Shown here piece by piece: positions 10,355-20,043 of a stretch of DNA of 64,000 bases. Source of the DNA: a virus. The first letter of the stretch is position 1. Every line of letters starts with the position of its first letter. The stretch spans positions 64,001-128,000 of the IMG/VR virus record IMGVR_UViG_3300027896_000011. The stretch is one strand, 5' to 3'. Below the pieces are notes generated by a model. It ran no database searches and was not told the DNA's origin. It worked only from the letters and a program-made list of their open reading frames with translations. The position numbers and the translations under genes were made by a program.

Positions 10355-11197
10355 ATGGACGCACAGTTGGCACAAATCTATGGCACTGGAAACAATGCCG
10401 AGGATGATCAGGTTAAATTGGCCGCTGCAGAGCTTCTTGTAAAGCTAGCAGAGGATAATAACGTTGATCTAAATCAGTTCGATGACACTGAAATTGCTCA
10501 GATGATCAACGAGCTTCACAAGACTGCAGAGTTCCCTCCTGCTGCAGAAGAGAAGAAAGAATCTAAGGAGACTCCAGAGTCGAAAGAATCTTCATCTGAG
10601 TCTTCTGAATCGGCGGAGAAGGCTGCTGAAGAGAAGGTAGCTGAGGCTGATTTCCTTGGTCGTGTAATGGCTCACTCGTTTAATCAAGAGCTCACTGAGA
10701 TTCAGAAGCAAGCTGGAATTAAAGATATGGCAGGCAAGGCCGTATCAGGCGCTAAGGGTCTTTTTGAGAAGCATATAGCTCCCGCAGCTAAGCGCGGAGG
10801 AGAGCTCATCACTGGTAGTCGTGCAAGGGAGCTTAAGGGTGCGGATGAGATTGGTAAGCGACTAGCTCCCAAGTCAAAAGAAACTAAGTACGTCAGTAAT
10901 CTGCTTAAGGGCGAAAAGAATAAGGTTCTAGCTACTAGAATCGGTCTTGGCGCTGGTGCAGCAGGTCTTGGCGCTGGTGCAGCTATGGGCAAGAAGAAGG
11001 AGTCTTCGGCTCTTGACACTCTAGCTTCTGAGCGTGCATGGGAACTAGCTAAGGAAGCTGGTTGGGTAGACGCAGAGGGTAACCTGGTCGTTCCTCAGAC
11101 TGAAGAGAAGGTAGCTTCTCAGGTGGACATCGAAGTTGAGCGTCGTGCCCTGCAGATGCTCGAGGCAGAGGGTCTTCCCGTTCAGTGGAATGAATAA
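10355..11197 (+). CDS. Scaffold-like or internal head protein
   Basis: Acidic, with many K-x-A motifs (KLAA, KLAE, KTAE, KVAE, KQAG, KEAG, KVAS); lies between protease and capsid. Confidence 0.55.
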   Translation: MDAQLAQIYGTGNNAEDDQVKLAAAELLVKLAEDNNVDLNQFDDTEIAQMINELHKTAEFPPAAEEKKESKETPESKESSSESSESAEKAAEEKVAEADFLGRVMAHSFNQELTEIQKQAGIKDMAGKAVSGAKGLFEKHIAPAAKRGGELITGSRARELKGADEIGKRLAPKSKETKYVSNLLKGEKNKVLATRIGLGAGAAGLGAGAAMGKKKESSALDTLASERAWELAKEAGWVDAEGNLVVPQTEEKVASQVDIEVERRALQMLEAEGLPVQWNE

Positions 11198-11203
11198 CAC
11201 CCT

Positions 11204-11476
11204 ATGACTGGGATCGGAATGTTGGCGTTTTTTGAAGAACTGGAAAAGCTGGGCGGTCTAGCCCGCTCTATGGATAGTCCTTGGGGAACCAAGACTGTTG
11301 GAGCACCTAGGTCTAAGATCACCCCAGCCCAGTTCCCTAAAGCGCCAACAGCTCCGGGCCCTATGTCCCCTAAATTGGTAACCCCGGCAGCTAAGTACGG
11401 TCCCAGCCAAAACTATTCTCAACCTAACTTTGCGACCCCACCAACAGCAGGTGTTGCAGATGTAGGTGGAGTATAG
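11204..11476 (+). CDS. Small Pro-rich protein with AFFEELEKLG leader
   Basis: Shared N-terminal leader motif. Confidence 0.55.
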   Translation: MTGIGMLAFFEELEKLGGLARSMDSPWGTKTVGAPRSKITPAQFPKAPTAPGPMSPKLVTPAAKYGPSQNYSQPNFATPPTAGVADVGGV

Positions 11477-11517
11477 CAAGGCAGCACTGCCAACAAGTTT
11501 TGTAATTGGAGGATTCG

Positions 11518-12570
11518 ATGCATATCTCGCTACAAGCAATGGTTGCTACAGCGCTGGCTGAGGCTGAGGAACGTGAAAAGCTCGCAGCAGCAGACGGCGA
11601 TGCCGTAGCCAACGGAGAAGATACTGATATTAATGATGGAAAGGGTAAGGAGCCTAGTGCTGCTAATGCCTCTCCCAATAACCCTGCTACCGTTCCCGAA
11701 AGGAACGAAACTAGCAAGGCTGACGGTGAAAAGACCTCGATGGTAGCTAATAAACTAGCTAGCGCCATTGAGTACCTTAATGAGAACTGGCTGTCTAAGG
11801 TAGCCGTAGGAGAAATTACTCCTCCTACTCCGGCCGGACAACCAGAAGCTAAGATTGGTCCAGGCGAAGGTCCAGGTGCCTTTGAGACGAATGTAAATTC
11901 GCCTACCCCTGGTGTCCAGTCTGAGGCTGTAGGACAAGCACAAACTGGTGTTATCCCTATGAAGCCAGGCACTGATTCGGCCTCCCCCGGACAGACAAAT
12001 ACTGATACTGCCATGGAGACTACTATTAATAATCCTCCCGGTGGTAGTGAAGACTGGACTAAGAAAGATGTGCTTAAGCAAGCTGCTGCAGCTCTCTTAA
12101 TTAAGAAGGCTGCTAGTAAGAAAGTAGCTCGAGTACTTCAAATCATTAAAGAAGCAGATGTCCCTCCACAGGCAACTGCTTCTGAAGAGGGTGTACCTGC
12201 TCTCCCAGGACCTGCTGCGTCTCAGGAGAGGATGATTGATAGTAATCAAGCAGCCATAAACTATACTAAGCGTGATGCGAAGGCAGAGCCCAAAGAGCGG
12301 ATGGGTGAGGTTCTTAGTGAGCCAGCTCAGAAGAAGACGACGGATACTGTCCTTCAGAACAACCTCTCTACTACTAACGAAGCTGGGACCAAAATCTCTT
12401 CAGCTAAGATAGCAGCAGCGAGGGCCTACCTCAGCAAGATTGCGGAGGAAGGTTGCAGCTCTGATGCTTCGCCGGAAGCAAAAGAGAAGGCGGATAGACT
12501 TAAGTCTATCCTAGAAGCCAAGCAGAAAGAGAAGTCGAGTCAGTTCGATGCCTCTAAAGAGACTTTCTAA
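11518..12570 (+). CDS. Low-complexity scaffold-like head protein
   Basis: GGAGG RBS before ATG 11518; multiple K-x-A motifs. Confidence 0.55.
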   Translation: MHISLQAMVATALAEAEEREKLAAADGDAVANGEDTDINDGKGKEPSAANASPNNPATVPERNETSKADGEKTSMVANKLASAIEYLNENWLSKVAVGEITPPTPAGQPEAKIGPGEGPGAFETNVNSPTPGVQSEAVGQAQTGVIPMKPGTDSASPGQTNTDTAMETTINNPPGGSEDWTKKDVLKQAAAALLIKKAASKKVARVLQIIKEADVPPQATASEEGVPALPGPAASQERMIDSNQAAINYTKRDAKAEPKERMGEVLSEPAQKKTTDTVLQNNLSTTNEAGTKISSAKIAAARAYLSKIAEEGCSSDASPEAKEKADRLKSILEAKQKEKSSQFDASKETF

Positions 12571-12575
12571 GAAGG

Positions 12576-12950
12576 ATGAAGAACATGGAATCTAAGACTA
12601 AGATCAGCGCAGCACAGGCAGCCCAGGTCTACGCCGAGGTACCAACAGTCCTTCGGAAGCTAGCCTCTGAAAGAGATCAACTACAGCGTGAGCTAGACGG
12701 TTATCGTCTAGGTTCTCGAATTGTGAAACTTGCTCAACTCATGGAAGACAAGAAAGTCAATCTTGGCCTTTCACGGGAAGAGAAAGTTGCACAAATTAAA
12801 GAAGCTCATGCCAAGGGTAGGTCTCTAGAAGCAATTGAGGAAGCTATTGAGATGACTGCTCCTAACGGAGAAATTGCAAAGATGGCTTCTGAAGATGCCG
12901 GAAACGGTATTAACTCGCTCGAGTCGTATCTACTTGGTGACCTGGCGTAA
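12576..12950 (+). CDS. Coiled-coil scaffold-like protein
   Basis: Helical, K-x-A motifs, just upstream of capsid genes. Confidence 0.5.
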   Translation: MKNMESKTKISAAQAAQVYAEVPTVLRKLASERDQLQRELDGYRLGSRIVKLAQLMEDKKVNLGLSREEKVAQIKEAHAKGRSLEAIEEAIEMTAPNGEIAKMASEDAGNGINSLESYLLGDLA

Positions 12951-12993
12951 GTCAGGGTTCCGAGGACAAAGTAACAACAAATAGGAGAATACC

Positions 12994-13440
12994 ATGATCG
13001 TCAACTTTGAACTAGTCACAGACGTACAGGACCTGATTCGCAGGGACTTTACGGTTGCTGACCCCACCATCGTTAACCCAACTAATTCGAACCCACTGCT
13101 TGACGGTGAGTTCGTAGCACTTAACTCGTCATATCAACTTGTTCGCGCAGGCACAGGAGGCCTTGGCTTCGCAGTATTTGCAGAACGTGGACGTTTCGAC
13201 GTTCAGGCTCTTGGCAAGACTACAGTCTTGTTTGCAAAACCATACGAAGCAGACACTCGTATCTTCACCGCAGCAGGTCTTACCTTGGGCGGAGCTCTTA
13301 AAATCTCATCCTCGGTTACTTACGACAGCCAGACTCGCTCTGGTCTAGTTGCATACGATTCAGGTATCGTTCTTGGATACGTGACTCGTTTGCCTGCAAA
13401 TAATGGCAGCAAGCTGCGGTTCCTCAAGACCCTCGGGTAA
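12994..13440 (+). CDS. Capsid decoration/cement protein (putative)
   Basis: Strong RBS, beta-rich 148 aa directly upstream of the major capsid gene. Confidence 0.55.
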   Translation: MIVNFELVTDVQDLIRRDFTVADPTIVNPTNSNPLLDGEFVALNSSYQLVRAGTGGLGFAVFAERGRFDVQALGKTTVLFAKPYEADTRIFTAAGLTLGGALKISSSVTYDSQTRSGLVAYDSGIVLGYVTRLPANNGSKLRFLKTLG

Positions 13441-13476
13441 TTGAGGCTAACAAGGTTTCTTACAAAGGATAATAAA

Positions 13477-14598
13477 ATGAGCGTTCCATCCAGAATTTTG
13501 AATGATCTGTTCACTCAGAAGTTGGACTCTGCTGAAGGGCAGGAAAAAATTGCTGAGTATGCTGGTACTTACATCCGCGACCGTTTGCGTGAGGTTGCTT
13601 TCTCACGAAAGATTATTCCACCGCAACAGGTAACACGGGCAGATTGCCAGCGTTCAGTACATCACGATACACTAGTTAAGATCGTCGATGTAGAACCAAA
13701 GAGCCGTGCAATGAGCTTGACTTTCCGTGGTCAACCCACTGCTCGCTTCATCCGCGCTCCTCGTGCGGAAGTTCCCTTCTTCACTATCTCCTCGGAAAAG
13801 TTCGAGAAGACTGAACAGGAACTTTTGGCCTACGAAATGCCCATCACTAAGGTCATTGAGGATAACTCCGTTAAGGATATCCAAGAGATCGAAGACCGCG
13901 AGTTCACAATCCACATTGAAGCAGCCGTCCAAGCTCTACAAAAGGAAGCTAATGGCAATGTGGTTACCACTCTAGATGCAACAACAGTTGCCGCTGCAGG
14001 TGTTGTAGAGTTCTCTGTTCGTAAAGGCGAACTTGCTCGTCACGCTTCAACCAATACTGCGGTATCTCTACCTATTCAAAAGCCTGACTTGGTTAACCTG
14101 TTCAAAATGCTCTCGGGAAACCGTCTGCGTGGCGAAATGGTTCTGATGACGGAAGTAGATTGGGACGATATCCTTCAGTGGACTACTGAAGACGTAGGTA
14201 ATAAGATCGTAAGTGAGACTACCGTTGAAGGGTATAAGTACAATCTGCTCATGGGCCGTGCGTACTGCCGTACCATCAAGACCGACATTCTTCGTCCAGG
14301 TAACCTCTACTTGTTCACGAAGCCTGACTTCTTCGGTAAGTTCTTTATCTTGAATAACACCAAGTTCTATATTGACAAGATTGCCAATATGATCACTTGG
14401 CAGTCATGGGAAGATATCGCTGTCAGCGTTATCAACATTGCAGCAGTTCGTAAGCTCGAGCTCTACTCGGGTGATGCAACCAGCTTAGATGCAGATAGCA
14501 TCCTGTCAAGCGTAATTCCAATGGCAGAGGAAGACCTCGGTCAAGAAAACAACAGGGTCGATGTTGGAATGACATTCCCGACTGTCGAAATTTATTAA
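13477..14598 (+). CDS. Major capsid protein (HK97 fold)
   Basis: About 373 aa, C-ending codon bias, follows protease/scaffold/decoration genes and precedes a strong hairpin; IRDRLRE..FSRKIIPP N-terminal pattern. Confidence 0.75.
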   Translation: MSVPSRILNDLFTQKLDSAEGQEKIAEYAGTYIRDRLREVAFSRKIIPPQQVTRADCQRSVHHDTLVKIVDVEPKSRAMSLTFRGQPTARFIRAPRAEVPFFTISSEKFEKTEQELLAYEMPITKVIEDNSVKDIQEIEDREFTIHIEAAVQALQKEANGNVVTTLDATTVAAAGVVEFSVRKGELARHASTNTAVSLPIQKPDLVNLFKMLSGNRLRGEMVLMTEVDWDDILQWTTEDVGNKIVSETTVEGYKYNLLMGRAYCRTIKTDILRPGNLYLFTKPDFFGKFFILNNTKFYIDKIANMITWQSWEDIAVSVINIAAVRKLELYSGDATSLDADSILSSVIPMAEEDLGQENNRVDVGMTFPTVEIY

Positions 14599-14628
14599 AA
14601 TCTCTTAATTAGCTTTATAGCTAGTTCT

Positions 14629-14667
14629 GAAACGGGGAGTTTGGCTGGTTAGCCAGCTCCCCGTTTC
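14629..14667 (+). terminator. Hairpin terminator after the major capsid gene
   Basis: GAAACGGGGAG...CTCCCCGTTTC stem with inner CTGG/CCAG pairing. Confidence 0.7.
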
Positions 14668-14700
14668 GCTAAGATGATACGTACTTTTAGGAGAAACCAA

Positions 14701-15255
14701 ATGGCTGAGTTCGTTCCCACATACGTAATCCATAATCAGTTTCGTGCCCAAAGCTCTCATGCACAGCGCTCTATTGCCCCCCAACCATTTACTTCTGTAG
14801 AATGGTTAGCCGGAAGAAGAATTCTACCAAAAAGACCCATTCGCCTAACTGAAAAAGAATACAAAGCCTTAGAACAGGAAATTCTAGCTAAGGTACGTGA
14901 AGGACGCCTGGCAATAACCTGTCCAGACTTGTCTTTTATAGATTCCCGGCCGGATGGTAGAATATTTATTACTTATTTAACTAGGCCAATTGCTGAAGAA
15001 GGTATCACTCTCCCAGTTGGGCTAAGTACTATTACAGATGTTCTATCAACTCCACCAGTAACAAATGTAGTTACTCCTCCGGAAGTAATCACGGTTGAGA
15101 CAGTTGTGCCTCCAGTTACAGACGAAGTTGCTATAAAACTTGAAACATCTAGCGATGAGGTAGTAGCTGATACATCGCCGGATATGGATGAGAATAGTAT
15201 AATTACTTTAGATCAGCCAAGAAAGAAACGGCGTAAGGGAGAGCTCAATGGCTAA
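14701..15255 (+). CDS. Hypothetical virion-module protein
   Basis: AGGAG RBS; Thr/Pro/Val-rich C-terminus. Confidence 0.55.
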   Translation: MAEFVPTYVIHNQFRAQSSHAQRSIAPQPFTSVEWLAGRRILPKRPIRLTEKEYKALEQEILAKVREGRLAITCPDLSFIDSRPDGRIFITYLTRPIAEEGITLPVGLSTITDVLSTPPVTNVVTPPEVITVETVVPPVTDEVAIKLETSSDEVVADTSPDMDENSIITLDQPRKKRRKGELNG

Positions 15256-15526
15256 AGTATTAAATACCACTGATAGAAATCTTACCGTAGAAAGATGGAC
15301 ACTTCTTGCCGGAAGTACTAAATGTATAGACCAGCAAGGTAATGTACGTTATGAACTGCCAGATTCTGTTGCCTTTGGTCCGGTAGTAAAACATCTAACG
15401 GACCTAGGACTGGTTACACTTACTGGAATAGCTCATCAGACAATAGAAAAATCTGATAGCGAACCACCAGTTCATTATGTGTCTAAGTCTCAACGTAAAA
15501 GACTGCGGGAACAACAGAAAGGGTAG
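15248..15526 (+). CDS. Hypothetical protein
   Basis: Coupled ORF. Confidence 0.5.
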   Translation: MAKVLNTTDRNLTVERWTLLAGSTKCIDQQGNVRYELPDSVAFGPVVKHLTDLGLVTLTGIAHQTIEKSDSEPPVHYVSKSQRKRLREQQKG

Positions 15527-15528
15527 CT

Positions 15529-16050
15529 GTGGCCCAGCAATTACAAGGCCTGGCCGGAGTAGCAGGAGGAGCAACTAGCCCCCTCTTTAACTCCTTTATC
15601 CAAACCGTCCGTTTCTTTATGAGGGACCATCCTCAATTGAACCGGTTGGTAAAAGGACAAGAACATTCAGATCGTATGATCGCTTGGGCTATTATGGACT
15701 TCCTGTCTGATTGGGCAGGTACACCTCCAGACTTAGGCTATATGACTCTAGAAGAGATGTTCTATAAACATTATCAATCTTTTGCTCTCCGGGGTACTTG
15801 TGTAGCCTTGCTACAGTCAATAGGTATCCTCCAAACTCGTAATCAATTGCAATTCTCTGACGGCGGAATAAGTGTAGATGCAAATAATAAAGCACCTATG
15901 TGGATGCAGTGGATTAGAGATTTTTCCACTAAGTATGAACAAGAAAAGGTTCAGAGAAAAGTAGCGATCAATATTGCTAATATGATGACCAGTTACTCTG
16001 GCGTTCATAGTGAGTATTTCTTCGTTAATGGGTGGTATGGCGTTTACTAA
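15529..16050 (+). CDS. Putative head-tail adaptor/neck protein
   Basis: Position after capsid genes; helical with a QFSDGGISV strand motif. Confidence 0.5.
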   Translation: MAQQLQGLAGVAGGATSPLFNSFIQTVRFFMRDHPQLNRLVKGQEHSDRMIAWAIMDFLSDWAGTPPDLGYMTLEEMFYKHYQSFALRGTCVALLQSIGILQTRNQLQFSDGGISVDANNKAPMWMQWIRDFSTKYEQEKVQRKVAINIANMMTSYSGVHSEYFFVNGWYGVY

Positions 16051-16106
16051 TTTGCCAATGGCTGGTATGGCGTATATCCTTGCAACTTACTCCTTCAGAA
16101 TATCAA

Positions 16107-17138
16107 ATGATTACAGCCAGTATATTTGATGAGCTAGAAAAGATTGCTCTTAACGCGGGTTCGCGTGGGGGTAAGGTACATCATTATACCGCTAAAAATA
16201 ATCCGGTTTATCAAAGTGATATAGATCGCCAGAATAAAGAAAAACAATCAAAAGGATGGACGGTCGGTAACATAGCTAAAGGTGTAGCTGGTGCTGCTAG
16301 TGCTGTTGCGCTTGGTCTTGCTGCACGTAAGGTTCTTGGGAATGCGGCTGCTAAAAAAGCGGCAGAACGTATAGTTGATAATCATGTTAAGTGGACCAAT
16401 GCTAAGAAAGCGTATGAAAATATATATGATATAGGCAAAGGTGTGTACCATGAGGCAGATCATACTGCTGGTTATACAGCGTTTAATAAGCATTTTGAGG
16501 ATGCACGTAAAGCGCACGATAGCGCACATTACGCTAATAATTGGAAGAAGTGGGATAAATGGAGTGCTAGTAATAAAGCACATGCTGCCAGTCATGATGC
16601 TTATGAGCATGCAAAGGGAGTTAGAGAAGATCTGCATAATAGTAGACAAAAAGCTAAATGGGCTGCAGAAGACACAGAATGAGCTAAATGGGAAGCGAAC
16701 AAAGCTAAATGGAAGGCAGAAGACACAGAACGAGCTAAATGGGAGGCAAGTGATCCATTCGCAGATTTTCGCAATAGCTGGAAAAATGAGTGGGGGCCAA
16801 ATCCATTTGAAGGATTTCATTGGGGGCAAAAATCTGGAAGGAGCTACGATCCTGGAGCTCGTACCAAAAATTATAGTGTCGGGCATGTTACTAAGTTAGA
16901 AGAAGCGGGTTTACCTGGCTTGGGTAAAGTCAAGACTAAGGCTGAAGCCAAGAAAGTCTACAGAGATTTCGTGGTTAAACACCATCCAGATAAGCTGCAA
17001 AATGTTAGCGCACAAGAACAAGCAGCTATGACAGAAAAACTTAAGACGGTTAATAACCTTTGGAGTTCATATAAAAACTCGGATGAGTTTTCTAAACTAG
17101 CAGCAATACGTTATGCTTTTTTGACTTTTATAAGATGA
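16107..17138 (+). pseudogene. J-domain (DnaJ-like) protein with FDELEKIA leader and TM helix, interrupted by one in-frame TGA at 16680-16682
   Basis: Frame stays open after the TGA through to KKVYRDFVVKHHPDK; the adjacent repeat copy has CGA at the same position. Confidence 0.7.
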
Positions 17139-17240
17139 ACACAAGTATCCCATGAATATCACACAGCAAAACGTCTTTCAGCTTTGGTGGCCCTTATAAA
17201 AGGGTTATGATTTGCTTAGGCGTTTTAGAAAGTAGGCATC

Positions 17241-17657
17241 ATGGGACCATCAAAGAAAAAGCAGTTATCTGACACTGATGAGGCCCTTGTTGCTATTGCA
17301 AGTGAAACCGGTGGTGAGATTGGCGCGCAAAGAGTTTTAGACCACATAGACATACCAACTTTTAACGCAAATGGGTTAATGCACGAATTAAGTGACTCTA
17401 TGAAGGAACTGATTCGATTAATCGCTAGAGATATAGTAAGTAGTCACGAGAGGGATTGCGCTGGATTGGAAAGAGTTGAAAGGCGGGTTGACGATATGCA
17501 GAAGACAATAAACGTACATAGCGATGTAATCAATCAGTATTTAGGTGAAAAGAAATTTAAACGATATGTACAGCCTATACTGATTGGATTTGTTGGTAGT
17601 GCAGCAGGAGTAGCCCTTGTTGGACTACTTCTAAAAGGTCTTCTTTTTCATCACTAA
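17241..17657 (+). CDS. Coiled-coil protein with C-terminal TM helix (possibly holin-like)
   Basis: C-terminal hydrophobic segment ILIGFVGSAAGVALVGLLLKGLLF. Confidence 0.5.
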   Translation: MGPSKKKQLSDTDEALVAIASETGGEIGAQRVLDHIDIPTFNANGLMHELSDSMKELIRLIARDIVSSHERDCAGLERVERRVDDMQKTINVHSDVINQYLGEKKFKRYVQPILIGFVGSAAGVALVGLLLKGLLFHH

Positions 17658-17703
17658 AATATTTTTATATTTATTTTAATCCGCAAACTCCCCAGGAGAT
17701 TCT

Positions 17704-18147
17704 ATGTATATTTACAAAGCGTTCAGTAGCCCAGACGAGCTAACAGATTTCTTGAACGGTGCTATCTTTAGCTCCCCTCTTCCGGCCACTGTATATGGTC
17801 TGCATGGGCTAACCGTTATAATCAATAACGGTTCTGCGGATAAGACTACAACCTTTTCAGACCCTACCGGTGCAGGTCTTAGTCCAGCAAACATACTGGC
17901 ACAGATATACGCAACCGACAGTACTATGCAAAAGGTAAAACTGCGGTCATATGGGTTAATTCCAAATAAACCAGTGCTTGTAATCGCAGAAACAAGTTAC
18001 GCAACTAAAGGCGGTACAGCTGTAACTATTTTGGGTCTGCCCTCGGCTACTACTAATGTTACAGCTATATCTAAGACCAATATCGTATGGGTAACTGCCT
18101 CTATCTCGGGCAATCCTCGTTACGATGTTCTATACGTTACTACCTAA
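17704..18147 (+). CDS. Putative virion structural protein
   Basis: AGGAG RBS; Thr/Ser-rich; resembles the repeated insertion segments of the sheath (FSDPT.AGL in both). Confidence 0.5.
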   Translation: MYIYKAFSSPDELTDFLNGAIFSSPLPATVYGLHGLTVIINNGSADKTTTFSDPTGAGLSPANILAQIYATDSTMQKVKLRSYGLIPNKPVLVIAETSYATKGGTAVTILGLPSATTNVTAISKTNIVWVTASISGNPRYDVLYVTT

Positions 18148-18157
18148 GGAGCACGTT

Positions 18158-20041
18158 ATGAGTGAAGACGCTCTATTCAAAGCACTCTCTACCAGTAACC
18201 AGATTCCTTGGGATAAAGCTGCAGAACACTTCATGTACATGAAGATTGCTTCTGGTGGATTATACGTTGACGAAGTAGATTTGTTGAAAGAGGCTGCAGC
18301 AGGTTTAGCTCCAGAAGATGTTCAAAAAGCTTTAGATCAAGGTACCATCTCAGGTATCCGTTCTTCCGTAGCTCAGGACATTACAAATAAAGCTAAGCAT
18401 CAACGTACTCATGGAGAACGTATAGGTAAAGGTCTAGGTTCTATTGCTGGTCTTGCAGGTGGTGTACTCGTCGGACGTGGTGGGCATACCCCAGGTGAAA
18501 GGGCTTTTAGAGCCGCAGTTGGTTTAGTTGGGGGGCATGAGGCCGGAAAAGTAATAGGACAGGAATTAGATGCACATAAGCTGAATAAGCGTGGGGCAAT
18601 GGAGAAGGACTCTGGAGTCCTCAGCAGTATTGGTGGTTGGGCTCTTAAGAATCCTAGATTAGCTGTAGGCGCTGCCGGTGCAGGTCTTGGTGCCTTAGCT
18701 GGAGCTGCAGGTACAGCAGGTGACCCTAATGCTAGTATGCTTGGTGGAGCAGCAAAAGGTGCCTTACTTGGTGGTGGTCTAGGATTGGCAGGCTCACACC
18801 TTGGCATGAAGGCCATGGCTAATAGGGGTATGTCCGCAAGTATGAGATTGCCTAAAGGTAGAAATCTCACTCTCACCCCCACATTAGCTGCTGGTAAACT
18901 AAATCCTGGGCTCAAAATGGCTGCTATGAATACGCTCAAGCAGGCCATGATTAAAGAAGGTTGGAGTCTTCGTAACCTATTCAAAGCTGCTCCAGAAGTT
19001 ATTCCTCCAGAGGATGTTGGAGAGGCTGCTCTTTCTGGTGGCCTTCAAGAAGGTCCTTCTGGCGCTATTAATGAAGCAGCCGGACAAGTAGGTGGATTAG
19101 CTGGTCATGCTCTTGGTGAGAAATTACATTATCCGGCCTTAGGAGCTATGGCAGGTAACCTAGGAGCAAAAGGCATAGCCGGTCAGCTCACAGAAGGTAT
19201 GGATAATCCAAAAACTGCTGCAGCTAATAAACTTCTATCTGCTATCCGGGCATTTAAGAAGACAGCAGAAGAACCTCGAGGTGGCCTCTCTACCACCGAT
19301 GAAAATGCCCCAGTAGGTCCTAATGAGTTCTCAGGAAATCAGTACCCACCAACGCATGATGAGATGGGAGCTGCTCCAGATGCAGCCCCAGTGGTTAATG
19401 TAGACCAAGACCTACAACCAGACCCCTCAGATGCCATTATGGCACTTCTACAGAAGGGTAATGAATCTGAATTCCATGCTGCTCGAGCAGATGAGGCACA
19501 AGAGGCTGCTGCTTCTGCAGAAGAACGTGCATCTATGCTCGAGAGCCAGATGCAACAACTCTTGCAAGAGATTGAACAAGTAAAACAAGAGTCTGGTGGC
19601 CAAGCACAACAGGCTAGTGAACAAGCTATGATGGCCTCACAAGATGCGATGGCTGCTAGAACAGAATCACAAACTGCTCAACAACAAATGATGCAGTTGC
19701 GTCAATCTATCACCTCCTACCGGCAACAGCTAATGGACATGCTGGCTCAAGATCCGACAGTTGTAGCTGGTCCTCCACAAGTACCAGTAGGTCCTCCACC
19801 AGGTCCTGCAGGTATGACTGGTTCTACAGGAGGTCCTGGAGATATAGGCCAACCTATGCCATCAGGTCCTATGGGTCCTGAAGGTGTCCCAAGTCCTGAG
19901 GCACCACAAGGAGCTCCTCCGGCTGCAGAGGGTGCGCCTAAAGCAGAAGCACCTAAAGCACCTAAACCTGAAGCCCCAGCATCTGGTGTAAATGTAAATA
20001 TACATCCACCAAAAGCGGCAAAGCCTGCAGCTAAGGAGTAG
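18158..20041 (+). CDS. Multi-segment Gly/Ala-rich protein (glycine zippers, coiled coil, Pro-rich tail) punctuated by K-x-A motifs
   Basis: TAAGGAG RBS; KEAA, KMAA, KTAA and KTAE separate GxxxG segments. Confidence 0.6.
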   Translation: MSEDALFKALSTSNQIPWDKAAEHFMYMKIASGGLYVDEVDLLKEAAAGLAPEDVQKALDQGTISGIRSSVAQDITNKAKHQRTHGERIGKGLGSIAGLAGGVLVGRGGHTPGERAFRAAVGLVGGHEAGKVIGQELDAHKLNKRGAMEKDSGVLSSIGGWALKNPRLAVGAAGAGLGALAGAAGTAGDPNASMLGGAAKGALLGGGLGLAGSHLGMKAMANRGMSASMRLPKGRNLTLTPTLAAGKLNPGLKMAAMNTLKQAMIKEGWSLRNLFKAAPEVIPPEDVGEAALSGGLQEGPSGAINEAAGQVGGLAGHALGEKLHYPALGAMAGNLGAKGIAGQLTEGMDNPKTAAANKLLSAIRAFKKTAEEPRGGLSTTDENAPVGPNEFSGNQYPPTHDEMGAAPDAAPVVNVDQDLQPDPSDAIMALLQKGNESEFHAARADEAQEAAASAEERASMLESQMQQLLQEIEQVKQESGGQAQQASEQAMMASQDAMAARTESQTAQQQMMQLRQSITSYRQQLMDMLAQDPTVVAGPPQVPVGPPPGPAGMTGSTGGPGDIGQPMPSGPMGPEGVPSPEAPQGAPPAAEGAPKAEAPKAPKPEAPASGVNVNIHPPKAAKPAAKE

Positions 20042-20043
20042 CT

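Noticed and set aside
10943-10984. 21-nt tandem duplication encoding GLGAGAA twice
   Set aside because: Ordinary slippage inside a glycine-zipper coding segment.
16680-16682. Genome-wide stop-codon reassignment
   Set aside because: TGA, TAG and TAA all end well-supported genes, long genes are intact under the standard code, and only this one internal stop was seen.
16248-16899. Overlapping ORFs 16441-16899 (+) and 16248-16886 (-)
   Set aside because: Shadow frames of the repeat-containing J-domain gene, with no RBS or motif support.
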